DNA from: Alphaproteobacteria bacterium
GTDB lineage: Bacteria > Pseudomonadota > Alphaproteobacteria > GCA-2731375
DNA: 64,000 nt
Direction of reading: 5' to 3'
Assembly: GCA_965225945.1 (NCBI GenBank)
Contig: CBDDBZ010000029.1
Location: 1 to 64,000, forward strand
Shown here: piece by piece, positions 21,894 to 32,206 of the stretch
Layout of the letters: each line of letters starts with the position of its first letter
How positions within the stretch are numbered: position 1 is the stretch's first letter
The notes under the pieces: generated by a model
Told to the model about the DNA's origin: nothing
What the model saw: only the letters and a program-made list of their open reading frames with translations
The model's database searches: none
Translations under genes and position numbers: made by a program

Positions 21894-23174
21894 TTGGTAC
21901 TCGAAAGCAAGGCAAGACGGCCCAAAAGCGACATCGGCGCGCTGCTGCGCGATCCGGACTACCTCTGCATCTGGTCGATCGGTGGGCTGACCGGCATGGT
22001 CCGCTGGCTGCAGCTCCTCGCCCTCGGCGTCTATACTTACGAGATCACCGGCTCGCCGCTGCTGGTCGCGATGATCCCGGTGCTCTGGATGCTGCCGCTG
22101 CCGTTTCTGGGCCCGGTGGTCGGCGCCGTCGCCGATCGGCTCGACCGCAAGTTGCTGCTCGGCGGCGCGCTGGCGATGATCGTCGCGGTCTCGGCCAGCA
22201 TGGCCGTGCTGGCCCATCTCGGCCGCCTGCCGTTCCACTATATCGCGGTGGCCTCGCTGTTGAGCGGACTATTTTGGGCCACCGACATGCCGATTCGCCG
22301 GAGACTGCTGGGCGATCTCTCGGGCGGCGCGCTGTCGGCGGCGATGAGCCTGGATTCCGCCACCGGCAACGCGACGCGCATGGCGGGGCCGCTCTTGGGC
22401 GGCGTCCTGCTGCAGCTCGTCGGCATGTCCGGCGTCTTCGTGCTCTCGACCACGGTCTATGCGTCTTGCCTGCTGCTGCTCGCCGTCGCCCGCCTTCCCG
22501 CACCCCTCGTCAGCGCGACGGCGCCGGCGCTCGGCCGCGATCTGCTCGCCGGCGCCCGCTTCGTGCTCGGCGACCGACGGCTGCGGCGAATTCTCTCGAT
22601 CACCATCGTCTTCAACCTGTGGGGATTTTCCTTCACCTCGATGATCCCGATCCTGGGCAAGGAGCGGCTGGGTCTCGATCCCTTCATGGTCGGCGTGATC
22701 ACCAGCTTCGAGGGCTTCGGCGCCTTGGTCGGCGCGATGGCGGTCGCCGTGCTGGCGCGCCCGGCCCATTTCTTTCGGATCTATCTGGGCGGCACGACGC
22801 TCTATATCGCCGGCGTGCTCTATCTCGGCGTTCTCGCCCATGTCGCGGGCGGGCCCTATCACTCGCTGCTCGCCGCCGCCATGGCGCTCGCGGTGATCGG
22901 CATCGCCAGCGCCTGCTTCGCGGCGATGCAGGGGACGCTGACCTATCTGGGCGCGCCGGCGGAATATCGCAGCCGCGTGATGGGGGCGCTGACGCTCTGC
23001 ATCGGCAGCGGTCCGATCGGCTTCTTCCACGTCGGCTGGCTGGCGGAGGCCTATGGCGTCTCCTGGGCGCTCACCATCAGTGGGCTGGAAGGCTTGGCGG
23101 TGCTGCTGCTGCTCTGGGTCTGGGGCGACGGCGCGAGCATGGCGGATATCGGCCAGAACGAGCAGGGCCGCTGA
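21894..23174 (+). CDS. MFS transporter
   Basis: About 12 hydrophobic segments, GAVADRLDRK motif A. Confidence 0.9.
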   Translation: MVLESKARRPKSDIGALLRDPDYLCIWSIGGLTGMVRWLQLLALGVYTYEITGSPLLVAMIPVLWMLPLPFLGPVVGAVADRLDRKLLLGGALAMIVAVSASMAVLAHLGRLPFHYIAVASLLSGLFWATDMPIRRRLLGDLSGGALSAAMSLDSATGNATRMAGPLLGGVLLQLVGMSGVFVLSTTVYASCLLLLAVARLPAPLVSATAPALGRDLLAGARFVLGDRRLRRILSITIVFNLWGFSFTSMIPILGKERLGLDPFMVGVITSFEGFGALVGAMAVAVLARPAHFFRIYLGGTTLYIAGVLYLGVLAHVAGGPYHSLLAAAMALAVIGIASACFAAMQGTLTYLGAPAEYRSRVMGALTLCIGSGPIGFFHVGWLAEAYGVSWALTISGLEGLAVLLLLWVWGDGASMADIGQNEQGR

Positions 23175-23188
23175 AGGACCCGCGGCGC

Positions 23189-23383
23189 TCTTTGTCGATG
23201 GCAGCTCGCGCGGCCCGCCGGGCCTCCCGCTCCCGGTCTTCTCCCTTGGCCAAACCACCCAGGAGCGTGAGGCCCCGGCGGGAGCGGCATGACCCGGCCG
23301 GCCCGAGCGGGTGGTTTGGCCAGGGGAGAAAACCCGGCGAGGGCCGGCCGGGCCATGCCGCGCGCACGCGTGGCGACAAAGAA
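23189..23383. repeat. Palindromic MITE/REP-like intergenic element, copy 1
   Basis: TCTTTGTCG...CGACAAAGA ends with internal inverted repeats; homologous to 30158-30309 in reverse orientation. Confidence 0.8.
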
Positions 23384-23416
23384 CCCGTCGGGTCGCTCGC
23401 GCGGCGCGTCGGACAC

Positions 23417-24790
23417 TCAGCCCTCCAGCATGCGGCGCAGGAGGTCGATGTCCTCGTCGAGGGTCGAGTCGGTCTGCCGAAGTTCCTCGATCCGCTTCAC
23501 CGCGTGCATCACCGTGGTGTGGTCGCGGCCGCCGAACTTGTTGCCGATCTCCGGCAGCGAGCGGGTGGTCAACTGCTTGGCGAGGAACATCGCCACCTGC
23601 CGGGGCCGGGCGACGTTGCGGGCGCGCCGGGCCGAATGCATGTCGGCGAGGCGCATATTGTAGTGCCGCGAGACCTTCTTCTGGATGTCCTCGATGGTGA
23701 CCCGGCGATCGTTGGCCCTGAGTAGATCCTGCAGCACCTCCTGCGCCAGTTCCATGGTGACCGGGCGGCCGACCAGATCGCCATAGGCGGCCAGTCGGTT
23801 GAGCGCACCCTCCAGCTCCCGAACGTTCGAGGTGATCCGCTGGGCCAGGAACTCCAAGACCTTCTCGCCTATGGCGCCGCCGCCCGTTATAGGCATCTTG
23901 GCCTGCAGGATGCCGAGGCGAAGTTCGTAGTCGGTCTGGTGAATGTCGGCCACCAGGCCCCAGCCGAGGCGGGAGCGAATCCGCTCCTCGACATCCTCGA
24001 GGTCCGAGGGCGAGCGGTCCGCCGAAATGACGATCTGGCTGTTCTGGTCGACCAGCGCGTTGAAGGTGTGGAAGAACTCTTCCTGGGTCGAGTCCTTGCG
24101 GCTGAAGAACTGCACGTCGTCGATCATCAGCACGTCGACCGCGCGGAAGCGCTGCTTGAAGCCGACCGAATCCTTGTCCCGGATCGCCCGGATGAACTGG
24201 TACATGAACTTCTCGCTCGACAGGTAGACCACCCGACGCGCCGGATCGCGCTGACGGATTTGCCAGGCGATGGCGTGCATCAGATGGGTCTTGCCGAGGC
24301 CGACGCCGCCATAGAGGAAGAGCGGGTTGAACTGCACGTCGGCGCTGTCGGCGACCCGGCGCGCGGCCGCGTAGGCGAGTTCGTTCGATCGTCCGACGAC
24401 GAAGCTCTCGAAGCGGAAGCGAGGATCGAGGGGCGAGCCGACGCCGCGTTCCGCCTCGTCGCGCCGGGTGTCGCGAGCCTCGCTCGCCTCGAGAGGGGTG
24501 GCGCCCAGGCTCTCGACCACGGCCTCGGCGCTCGCCGGTCGGGCGCGGACGACGACCTCGACGGCCTTGATTCCGGCCTCCTCCGCCTGCCAGAGCGCGC
24601 GCAGCCGCTCGGCGTAGCGCGAGACGACCCAGTCACGCATGAAGCGGGTGGGCGCGGCCAACTCGATCCCGCCGCCATCCACCGAGTGCAGGCGCAACGA
24701 CTTCAGCCAACTGTTGAAGACGGCGTCGCCGAACTCGGCTCGAAGCCGCGCGCGGACGCGCTCCCACCGTTCCTCGTCGCGTCGCTCCAT
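23417..24790 (-). CDS. dnaA: Chromosomal replication initiator DnaA
   Basis: FNPLFLYGGVGLGKTHLM, IDDVQF, NVRELEGAL, RPRQVAMFL, GGRDHTTVMHA. Confidence 0.99.
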   Translation of the reverse strand: MERRDEERWERVRARLRAEFGDAVFNSWLKSLRLHSVDGGGIELAAPTRFMRDWVVSRYAERLRALWQAEEAGIKAVEVVVRARPASAEAVVESLGATPLEASEARDTRRDEAERGVGSPLDPRFRFESFVVGRSNELAYAAARRVADSADVQFNPLFLYGGVGLGKTHLMHAIAWQIRQRDPARRVVYLSSEKFMYQFIRAIRDKDSVGFKQRFRAVDVLMIDDVQFFSRKDSTQEEFFHTFNALVDQNSQIVISADRSPSDLEDVEERIRSRLGWGLVADIHQTDYELRLGILQAKMPITGGGAIGEKVLEFLAQRITSNVRELEGALNRLAAYGDLVGRPVTMELAQEVLQDLLRANDRRVTIEDIQKKVSRHYNMRLADMHSARRARNVARPRQVAMFLAKQLTTRSLPEIGNKFGGRDHTTVMHAVKRIEELRQTDSTLDEDIDLLRRMLEG

Positions 24791-25342
24791 CGCTCGGCCC
24801 CCGCCGTCGCTCAGCGGGACCCGGCGGGCCCGCCCGCCGTCGCCGAGATTCGCGCTCTTCGGTAAATCGCCGCCTGGCCGCCTCGCGTGGCATCGCGAGC
24901 CCCGATCCGTGTCGCGGCCGAATCATCGCGTAAGTAAATCAGCGAGTTCGTTCGCTTTTTTTGTTTTCTTTCTTTTTCGATCCGAGCATTTTTTCTTTCC
25001 GTCAAAGAATACACGTCCCCTCCGCCACGGGATGCAAAGACCCCGTGCGCCGAAACTTTCGACGAATACTTACATTGATTTATGCGACAGTCTTCGCGAC
25101 CGACGGATGACAGTAATGCGAAAGCGCCGATGGTGGCAACGAGAGCAAATGAAGAACACGGAAAAAAATTGGTGGCGCGTTCGTGGCTTCGGCTCGATCG
25201 CGCCACAAGATATGGATGTGATCTCCCGTCCGCCCGCCGCCGCCGCCCGGATGCGCCGATCCACCGGGTCGGGAGCTGAATCAAATCGGCCGCCCGGGGG
25301 CGGCCGCTCGCTATATCGGAGCCGATTCGTCGTCGACGGTGC

Positions 25343-25609
25343 TCACGCCCCCATCGCGCGGATCTGCTTCGACAGACGCGATACCTTGCGCCGCGCGGTG
25401 TTGCGGTGGAGCACGCTCTTGTGCGCGCCGCGAATGAGTTCGGGCTCGGCGGCTCGGAGCGCGGCCTTGGCGGCGTCGCTGTCACCGCTCTCGATAGCCT
25501 CTTCCACCTTGCGCACGAAAGTGCGGATGCGACTGGACCGCGACCGATTGACCTTGGTCTTGCGTTCGGTCTGGCGCAGACGTTTCTTGGCGGAGCTACT
25601 GTTCGGCAT
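25343..25609 (-). CDS. rpsT: 30S ribosomal protein S20
   Basis: SAKKRLRQ...[13 protein letters not shown]; rpsT-dnaA synteny. Confidence 0.97.
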   Translation of the reverse strand: MPNSSSAKKRLRQTERKTKVNRSRSSRIRTFVRKVEEAIESGDSDAAKAALRAAEPELIRGAHKSVLHRNTARRKVSRLSKQIRAMGA

Positions 25610-25814
25610 GGCGTTGACGGATCTCTCCCGGTGGGTCGAGCCGCAGGCTTATAGACGGCGCTCCGCCTCCGGTCAACAGCCAGAGTCGCTCGCCCAGACC
25701 GATTCGCCGCGACGCCCGGCTGGCCTTCGACAGCAGGACCAGCGGGGTCAATTTGTGAGCCATGCGGAAGCATGCTAGGATGATCGATTAGTCGTAGAAG
25801 ACGAGTGCCTCGCT

Positions 25815-26381
25815 ATGAGCGACAATGACGAGGCCATCGAGGGATCGTCGATCGAGGGACCGCCGGAAGCGGGGGAAAGCCATACCGGCCGGGTCAAATG
25901 GTTCGATCCCGTGAAGGGCTTCGGGTTCATCGCCACCGAGATGGAAGGCGATATTCTGATCCACAAGAGCGTGCTGCACGACGCGGGCCGCGAAAGCCTG
26001 AGCGAGGGGGCGACCGTGGTCTGCGAAACCGTCCGCCGGGAGAAGGGCCTGCAGGCCGTTCGCCTGGTCAGCGTCGATGAAAACACCGCGGCGCCGCGCC
26101 CACCCCGCCCGCGCGGGCCACGCCGCGCGCCGATGCACCGGGCCCGGGGGCGGCGCGACGAGGTGGAGCCGGAAGGCGAGGTCATCGAGGTCGAGGTGAA
26201 GTGGTTCAACCGCACCAAGGGTTACGGCTTCGTGACCCGGGGCGAGGGGACCGACGACATCTTCATCCACGCCGAGGTCCTGCGCCGCCGCGACATGGAA
26301 GACCTGGTGCCGGGCCAACGGCTGCGCGTCCGGGTCGGCCAGGGCCATCGCGGCCCCCTGGTCGCCGACATCGAGAGCTGA
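25815..26381 (+). CDS. Cold-shock protein with two CSD domains
   Basis: GRVKWFDPVKGFGFI and VKWFNRTKGYGFV...DIFIH. Confidence 0.92.
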   Translation: MSDNDEAIEGSSIEGPPEAGESHTGRVKWFDPVKGFGFIATEMEGDILIHKSVLHDAGRESLSEGATVVCETVRREKGLQAVRLVSVDENTAAPRPPRPRGPRRAPMHRARGRRDEVEPEGEVIEVEVKWFNRTKGYGFVTRGEGTDDIFIHAEVLRRRDMEDLVPGQRLRVRVGQGHRGPLVADIES

Positions 26382-26609
26382 TCGCCCGCATGTCGGCCAT
26401 CGTCTCCACTTCGATCCGATTTGTCCGCCGCTCCGCTCTTCGCGCAGCGTTCCCTCCCGCGCCCCCGCCCGACCGTCCCGGCGCTATCCCGCATCATCGG
26501 CCAGGAGCGGCCAGGAGCGGTCAGGATCTGAGGTTCTATCGGATCGGACAATGGTCTAGCATTCCCGGCGCGCCGGCGACGGACGCGGCGGCGAGGGGAG
26601 GGAGCGAGC

Positions 26610-27389
26610 ATGACGCTGGAAGGTAAGATCGCGCTGGTGACCGGCGCCGGCAACGGCATCGGCGCCGCGACGTCGGTGGCGCTGGCGGAGGCGGGGGCGA
26701 GGGTGGCCTGCGCCGATATCGACCTCGAGGCGGCGGAACGCATCGCCGCCCGCGCGACGCAAGTCGGGCCGCAAGCCATGGCGCTGCGCACCGATTGCGG
26801 CGACGTGGCCCAGATCGAGGCCATGCTGGACGCGGTCGTAACGAAGCACGGCCGGCTCGATATCATCGTCAACAATGCCGGCGTCACCCGGCATGCCTAC
26901 ATCATGGATATCACCGAGGCCGACTGGGACCGCATGCACCGGCTGAACGCCAAGGGCGTCTTCTTTTGCCTGCAAGGCGCCGCGCGGCGGATGATCGAGG
27001 GCGGCGGCGGGCGCATCATCAACATCGCCTCGGTGGCGGGCCGCGGCTACATCGCCACCTCCAACGCCGCCTACGCGGCGAGCAAGGGCGCCGTCATCTC
27101 GATGACCAAGACGGCGGCCCAACAGCTCGGCCGCCACGACATCAACGTCAACGCCATCTGTCCCGGCGTGACCCTCACCCCGATGGTGGAACGGCTCTTG
27201 TCGGACCGGGCGGAAGCGACCGGCGCGAGCCTCGAGGAGGTGCGCGCCACGGCGACCAGGCACATTCCGATCGGGCGGGCGAACGAGCCGGAGGATATCG
27301 CCGCCATGGCCGTCTTCCTCGCCTCCCCCGCCGCGCGCAACATCACCGGCCAGGCCTACAACGTCGACGGCGGCCTGGTGCCGAGCTGA
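26610..27389 (+). CDS. SDR-family oxidoreductase
   Basis: TGAGNGIG, NNAG, YAASK. Confidence 0.95.
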   Translation: MTLEGKIALVTGAGNGIGAATSVALAEAGARVACADIDLEAAERIAARATQVGPQAMALRTDCGDVAQIEAMLDAVVTKHGRLDIIVNNAGVTRHAYIMDITEADWDRMHRLNAKGVFFCLQGAARRMIEGGGGRIINIASVAGRGYIATSNAAYAASKGAVISMTKTAAQQLGRHDINVNAICPGVTLTPMVERLLSDRAEATGASLEEVRATATRHIPIGRANEPEDIAAMAVFLASPAARNITGQAYNVDGGLVPS

Positions 27390-27424
27390 GCGTTTCAAGA
27401 TCGCTCGAGGCCGCTCGCTCCCCC

Positions 27425-27537
27425 GGCCCGGCGATCCGGCGCAGCAGCGTGATCGAGACATTGGCGCGCCCCGCCTCGAGCCGGGCCAGAAAGCGTTCGC
27501 AAACACCGGATTGGGCGGCGAGGCCGCGGCGCGTCAT
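27425..27537 (-). pseudogene. Truncated BzdR/BoxR-like regulator (XRE HTH only)
   Basis: MTRRGLAAQSGVCERFLARLEAGRANVSITLLRRIA, divergent from benzoate-CoA ligase; no shikimate-kinase-like domain follows. Confidence 0.6.
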
Positions 27538-27641
27538 ACCGCGCCGGGCTCGCGCGCGACAAAATCCCGTCCTTCGGCGCCACCTAGCCGCCTATAATGG
27601 TGTCGTCGCGAGCCGCCACGAAACGCGAGGAGAGCCGCCGG

Positions 27642-29225
27642 ATGACGAGCTTCAGCCGGATCGACACTTCCACCACGCCAGCGAAAGTGACGGTGGAGCG
27701 GGCCTATAACGCCGCTGTCGACATCGTCGATCGACACGGCCAAGGCGCGCTCGCCGAGAAGACCTGCCTGATCGACGACGCCGGCAGCTATAGCTACGCC
27801 GAGCTCGGGGCGGCCGCGAACCGCGCCGGCAATGCACTCCTGGGTCTCGACGTGCGGCCCGAGCAACGCGTCGTGATGTGCATGACCGACGGCATCGACC
27901 TCGCCGCCGTCTTCTTCGGCGCCATCAAGGCCGGCCTCGTCGCGGTGCCGCTCAACACCATGCTGACGAGCGACGACTACGAACACATGCTGCGCGACAG
28001 CCGGGCCCCGGTGCTGGTGGTGAGCGCGCCTCTGTTGGAGCGCTTCGAGCCGCTGCTCGATCGGCTCCCGCGGCTCCGCCACGTGGCGGTCGCCGGCGGC
28101 GCGGATCACGGGCACGAGGATCTGGCGGCCCTGCTGGCGTCGGCGTCGGACCAACTCGTCGCGGCCGAGACGACGGCGGACGACGTCGCCTTCTGGCTCT
28201 ACTCCTCGGGCTCCACCGGTCGGCCCAAGGGGGCGGCGCACCTGCAGACCGCCATGTTGCATACCATCGCCTACTACGGCCTCGCCACCGTCGGAATCGG
28301 ACCAGAGGACGTGGTCTATTCGGCGGCCAAGATGTTCTTCGCCTACGGTCTCGGCAACTCGCTCTCGATGCCGCTCTACGCCGGGGCGACGGCGGTGGTG
28401 ACGGCGGGCTGGCCGACGCCGGAGGCGGTGGTGGAGATCATGGCGCGCCACCAGCCGACCATCTTCCACGGCGTGCCGACGCTCTATGGCGCGATCCTGG
28501 CGGATGCCTCGCTCGATCGCGCCAGGGGCTCGAAGCGGCTTCGGCTCTGCGTCTCCGCCGGCGAGGCCTTGCCCAAGCACATCGGCGAGACCTGGGAGGC
28601 CCGCTTCGGGGCGCCGATCCTGGACGGCATCGGCTCGACCGAGATGCTGCATATATTTCTCTCCAATACACCTGACGACAATCGCTACGGCACCACCGGA
28701 AAGCCGGTGCCGGGCTATGAGGTCCGCCTGCTGGACGAGGCGGGCCAGGCGGTCGGCGCGGGCGAGGTCGGCGAGCTCTGGGTCGGCGGGCCGAGCGCCT
28801 CGCCCTATTACTGGAACAACCGCGAGAAGAGCCTGGACACCTTTCACGGACCCTGGACCCGGACCGGCGACAAATACGTCCGCGACCACGACGGCTATTA
28901 CATCTACGCCGGCCGCTCCGACGACATGTTGAAGGTGGGCGGGATTTGGGTCTCGCCCTTCGAGGTGGAATCGGCCCTGCTGGCCGACGACGAGGTGCTG
29001 GAGGTCGCCGTCGTCGGGCGGGAGGACGCGGACCGGCTGGTCAAGCCCATGGCTTACGTCGTGCTGAAGGACGCTGCCTCGGGCTCGGAGGCGAAGGCCG
29101 AGGCGCTCAAGGCCTTCGTCAAGGACCGGATCGCGCCCTACAAGTATCCCCGCTGGATCGACTTCGTCGAGGCCCTGCCGAAGACCGCGACCGGCAAGAT
29201 CCAACGCTTCAAGTTGCGCGACTGA
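27642..29225 (+). CDS. Benzoate-CoA ligase family protein
   Basis: FWLYSSGSTGRPKG, AKMFFAYGLGN, DGIGSTEMLHIFLSN, PKTATGKIQRF. Confidence 0.95.
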   Translation: MTSFSRIDTSTTPAKVTVERAYNAAVDIVDRHGQGALAEKTCLIDDAGSYSYAELGAAANRAGNALLGLDVRPEQRVVMCMTDGIDLAAVFFGAIKAGLVAVPLNTMLTSDDYEHMLRDSRAPVLVVSAPLLERFEPLLDRLPRLRHVAVAGGADHGHEDLAALLASASDQLVAAETTADDVAFWLYSSGSTGRPKGAAHLQTAMLHTIAYYGLATVGIGPEDVVYSAAKMFFAYGLGNSLSMPLYAGATAVVTAGWPTPEAVVEIMARHQPTIFHGVPTLYGAILADASLDRARGSKRLRLCVSAGEALPKHIGETWEARFGAPILDGIGSTEMLHIFLSNTPDDNRYGTTGKPVPGYEVRLLDEAGQAVGAGEVGELWVGGPSASPYYWNNREKSLDTFHGPWTRTGDKYVRDHDGYYIYAGRSDDMLKVGGIWVSPFEVESALLADDEVLEVAVVGREDADRLVKPMAYVVLKDAASGSEAKAEALKAFVKDRIAPYKYPRWIDFVEALPKTATGKIQRFKLRD

Positions 29226-29334
29226 CGGTGGCGGGCACGGGTTTCCTCGAAGCCCCGGGGGTTGGTGGAGGGGCGATAGGCTCGCCGGTCGGCGAGCGGC
29301 GCATCATGCGCCGGCAACACGGGAGGAGAACCAG

Positions 29335-30117
29335 GTGGATCTGGAACTGGCCGGCAAGTCGGTATTGATCACGGGCGCATCGAAGGGGATCGGGCGGGCC
29401 TGCGCGGAGGCATTCGCGGCCGAGGGGGCGGAGCTCCACATCGTCGCCCGCACGGAAGCCGACCTGAACCGCGCGGCGGAGCAGATCCGCAGCCGCCATC
29501 AGGTCGGCGTCACCGTGCACGCCCGCGACCTCTCCGTCAGCCGCAACGTCGACGAATTGTTCGAGGCGACGTCGGACGTCGACATTCTGGTGAACAACGC
29601 CGGCGCCATCCCCGGCGGCCCGATCGAGAAGATCGACGAGGCGACCTGGCGCAAGGCCTGGGATCTGAAGGTCTTCGGCTACATCAACATGACCCGGCGC
29701 TACCTCGCGGCGATGCGGGAGCGCGGCCACGGTGTCATCGTCAACGACATCGGCACCGGCGGCGAGCGGGTCGACTACGACTACATCGCCGGCGCCGGCG
29801 GCAACGCCAGCCTGATGGCCTTCACCCGGGCGATCGGCGGGCGCTCGATCCACTTCGGCGTTCGCGTCCTCGCGGTCAATCCCGGGCCGGTCGAGACCGA
29901 CCGGATTCAGACGGTGATGCGTCAGTTGGCCGAGGCGGAGTTCGGCGATCCCGAGCGGGCGCGCGAATACTACGCCAATTGGCCGATGCAGCGCTTCGCC
30001 ACGCCGCAGGAGGTGGCGGACCTGATCGTCTTCCTCGCCTCCGCCCGCGCCTCCTACATCTCCGGCACCATCGTCACCATCGACGGCGGCAAGGCCGCCG
30101 ACAACTCGACGCTCTGA
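29335..30117 (+). CDS. SDR-family oxidoreductase (atypical, no YxxxK)
   Basis: TGASKGIG, NNAGAIPGG, WDLKVFGYI. Confidence 0.92.
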   Translation: MDLELAGKSVLITGASKGIGRACAEAFAAEGAELHIVARTEADLNRAAEQIRSRHQVGVTVHARDLSVSRNVDELFEATSDVDILVNNAGAIPGGPIEKIDEATWRKAWDLKVFGYINMTRRYLAAMRERGHGVIVNDIGTGGERVDYDYIAGAGGNASLMAFTRAIGGRSIHFGVRVLAVNPGPVETDRIQTVMRQLAEAEFGDPERAREYYANWPMQRFATPQEVADLIVFLASARASYISGTIVTIDGGKAADNSTL

Positions 30118-30157
30118 GAGTCCGGCTCGAAAATCCCCGAAGCCGGCGCGCTCCCGA

Positions 30158-30309
30158 TTCTTTGTCGCGACGCTATCGCGTCGCATGGCCCGGCCGGCCC
30201 AAGCCTCTGTCGGCACGCCGGGGCCTACCGCTACTGGGTGGTTTGGCCAGGGGAGATGACCGGGAGCGGGAGGCCCCGGCGGGCCGCGCGAGCGGCCATC
30301 GACAAAGAA
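30158..30309. repeat. Palindromic MITE/REP-like intergenic element, copy 2
   Basis: TTCTTTGTCG...CGACAAAGAA; its reverse complement aligns with 23189-23383. Confidence 0.8.
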
Positions 30310-30344
30310 CGGCGGCGGAGCGTCGAAGACGCCGGCGGCCGGCC

Positions 30345-31118
30345 TCACGCCTCGGCGGGCGGGCGGTACTTGGTGGTGCTCCAGCCGCCGTCGACCGCCA
30401 GCACCTGACCGGTGACGAAGGAGGCCTCGTCGGAACAGAGGAAGAGGGCGGCGGCGGCGATCTCCTCCGGCTGGCCGTAGCGGCCCATCGGCGTGCCGCC
30501 GACCATGCCGTCCAGGAACCAAGGGTCGCCCTCGATTCGCCCCTGGGTCAGCGGCGTCTCGATGAAGCCCGGCGCCAGCGCGTTCACCCGAATATTCTCA
30601 GCGCCATAGTCGGCGGCCATGTTCCGGGTCAGGCCGATCAGCGCCGCCTTGGTGGCGGAATAGATCGAGCTTCCCGGAAAGCCGCGCTGGCCGAAGACCG
30701 AGGCCAGATGGACGATCGACCCGCCGCGCCCGCGCATCTCGCGGACCGCCTCGCGGGCGACCCGGAAGGCGGCGCGAAAGTTGACGTCGATGAACCGGTC
30801 GAGCTCGTCGTCCTCGGTCTCGTCGATTGGTTTGGCGGCGCCGACGCCGGCGTTGTTCAGCAGGATGTCGATTCGCCCCAGCCGCTCCCGGCAGGCGGCC
30901 ATGATCGCCGCCGGAGTCTCAGGTCCGGTGACGTCGGCCACCATCACCTCGATCCGCCCGGCCGAGTTGGAGCCGAGGCGCGCCGTCTCCTCGGCGCCCG
31001 TGCCGTTCAGGTCCACCACCAGCACGTCCGCGCCTTCGGCCGCGAAGCGGTTCGTCGTCGCCCGCCCGATGCCGGAGCCGCCGCCGGTGACCACCGCGAC
31101 CTTGCCCGCCAAACGCAT
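30345..31118 (-). CDS. SDR-family oxidoreductase
   Basis: MRLAGKVAVVTGGGSGIG, NNAG, YSATK; GGAGG RBS. Confidence 0.94.
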   Translation of the reverse strand: MRLAGKVAVVTGGGSGIGRATTNRFAAEGADVLVVDLNGTGAEETARLGSNSAGRIEVMVADVTGPETPAAIMAACRERLGRIDILLNNAGVGAAKPIDETEDDELDRFIDVNFRAAFRVAREAVREMRGRGGSIVHLASVFGQRGFPGSSIYSATKAALIGLTRNMAADYGAENIRVNALAPGFIETPLTQGRIEGDPWFLDGMVGGTPMGRYGQPEEIAAAALFLCSDEASFVTGQVLAVDGGWSTTKYRPPAEA

Positions 31119-31168
31119 CGCCGCCCCTCCCGGTGAATGTATCGTCCGGCTGAGAGTATAGCCCGCCG

Positions 31169-32125
31169 TCAGCTCCGGGGCGCGGTGTCGTGGAAGCCGA
31201 GGGCGGCGAGGCCCGCCGCTTCCCGCCCGCCCCAGGCGAGCATGGCCTCGATCAGGCGGCCGGCCGGGGTTTCCGGCCCCTCGCTCCGCCGCCGCACCGC
31301 CCACCAGTCGAGCGCCAGGCCCTCCGCCGTCACCGGGCGCGAGACCAGGGTGCCGTCGGCGACCTCGGGTTCCACCGCCCAGCCGCTCAGGATGCTGACG
31401 CCGAAGCCCGCCCGGACCAGGTCGATGATCGCCTCGGGCAGCTCGACCCGGGAAAGCCGGCGCGGCACCACGCCGGCGGGGCGGAACAAGGCCTCCCACT
31501 CGAAGCCGGGCTCCGCCGTCATCGAATAGGTGATGTAGTGCTCCTCCGCCAGATCCTGCGCCACGATATGGGGCTTGGCGGCCAGCGGGTGGTCGGGCGC
31601 CATGATCGCGACCAGCGGGTCGCGGGTCAGGCGAAAGGCCTCGAAACGGGCCGAGGCCGGGTCCCGCGCGTGCACCATCGCCACGTCGATGCGCCCCGCC
31701 TCCAGGCTCGCCAGCGGCTCGCGGGCGGCGGCGTGGGCCACCAGATCCACTTCCAGGTCGGGCGCATGAGCGCCCAGGAAGCGGAGGAAGTCCGGCAGCC
31801 AGTGGAAGCGGCTGTAGGTCCCCTGGGCGAGCCGAACCAGACGCCGGGCATGGGCGGCGAGCGCCTGGACCTCGTCCTCCGCCCGCGCCAGCTCGTCCAG
31901 CACCACTCGCGCGGTAGCGAGCAAGCGCTCGCCCGCCGGCGTCATCCTGAGGCGCCGGCCGACGCGCTGGAAGAGCGGCGTGCCGAGGCGCCGCTCCGCT
32001 TCGCGGATGCGGTGGGTGAGGGCCGATTGCGTCAGCCCGAGCCGGGCCGCGGCGCGGACCACGGTGCCCTCCTCGTCCATGGCGTCGAGCATGGCGAGGT
32101 GGCGAACGTCGAGTCGTGGATGCAT
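31169..32125 (-). CDS. LysR-family transcriptional regulator
   Basis: AAARLGLTQSALTHRIREAERRLGTPLF plus substrate-binding domain. Confidence 0.95.
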   Translation of the reverse strand: MHPRLDVRHLAMLDAMDEEGTVVRAAARLGLTQSALTHRIREAERRLGTPLFQRVGRRLRMTPAGERLLATARVVLDELARAEDEVQALAAHARRLVRLAQGTYSRFHWLPDFLRFLGAHAPDLEVDLVAHAAAREPLASLEAGRIDVAMVHARDPASARFEAFRLTRDPLVAIMAPDHPLAAKPHIVAQDLAEEHYITYSMTAEPGFEWEALFRPAGVVPRRLSRVELPEAIIDLVRAGFGVSILSGWAVEPEVADGTLVSRPVTAEGLALDWWAVRRRSEGPETPAGRLIEAMLAWGGREAAGLAALGFHDTAPRS

Positions 32126-32206
32126 TTATAATATATGCAAGAAATTCATGATAATCGGTAAAATAACAAATTTGATTCAATTGTTCCAGCCCCCTAAATC
32201 TTGGCC

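Noticed and set aside
24791-25342. AT-richer rpsT-dnaA intergenic region as oriC
   Set aside because: No TTATCCACA-type DnaA boxes seen; it is more likely the dnaA promoter and long leader, and alphaproteobacterial origins are often not next to dnaA.
25815-26381. Two-domain cold-shock protein as a novelty
   Set aside because: Tandem-CSD proteins are common in Alphaproteobacteria.
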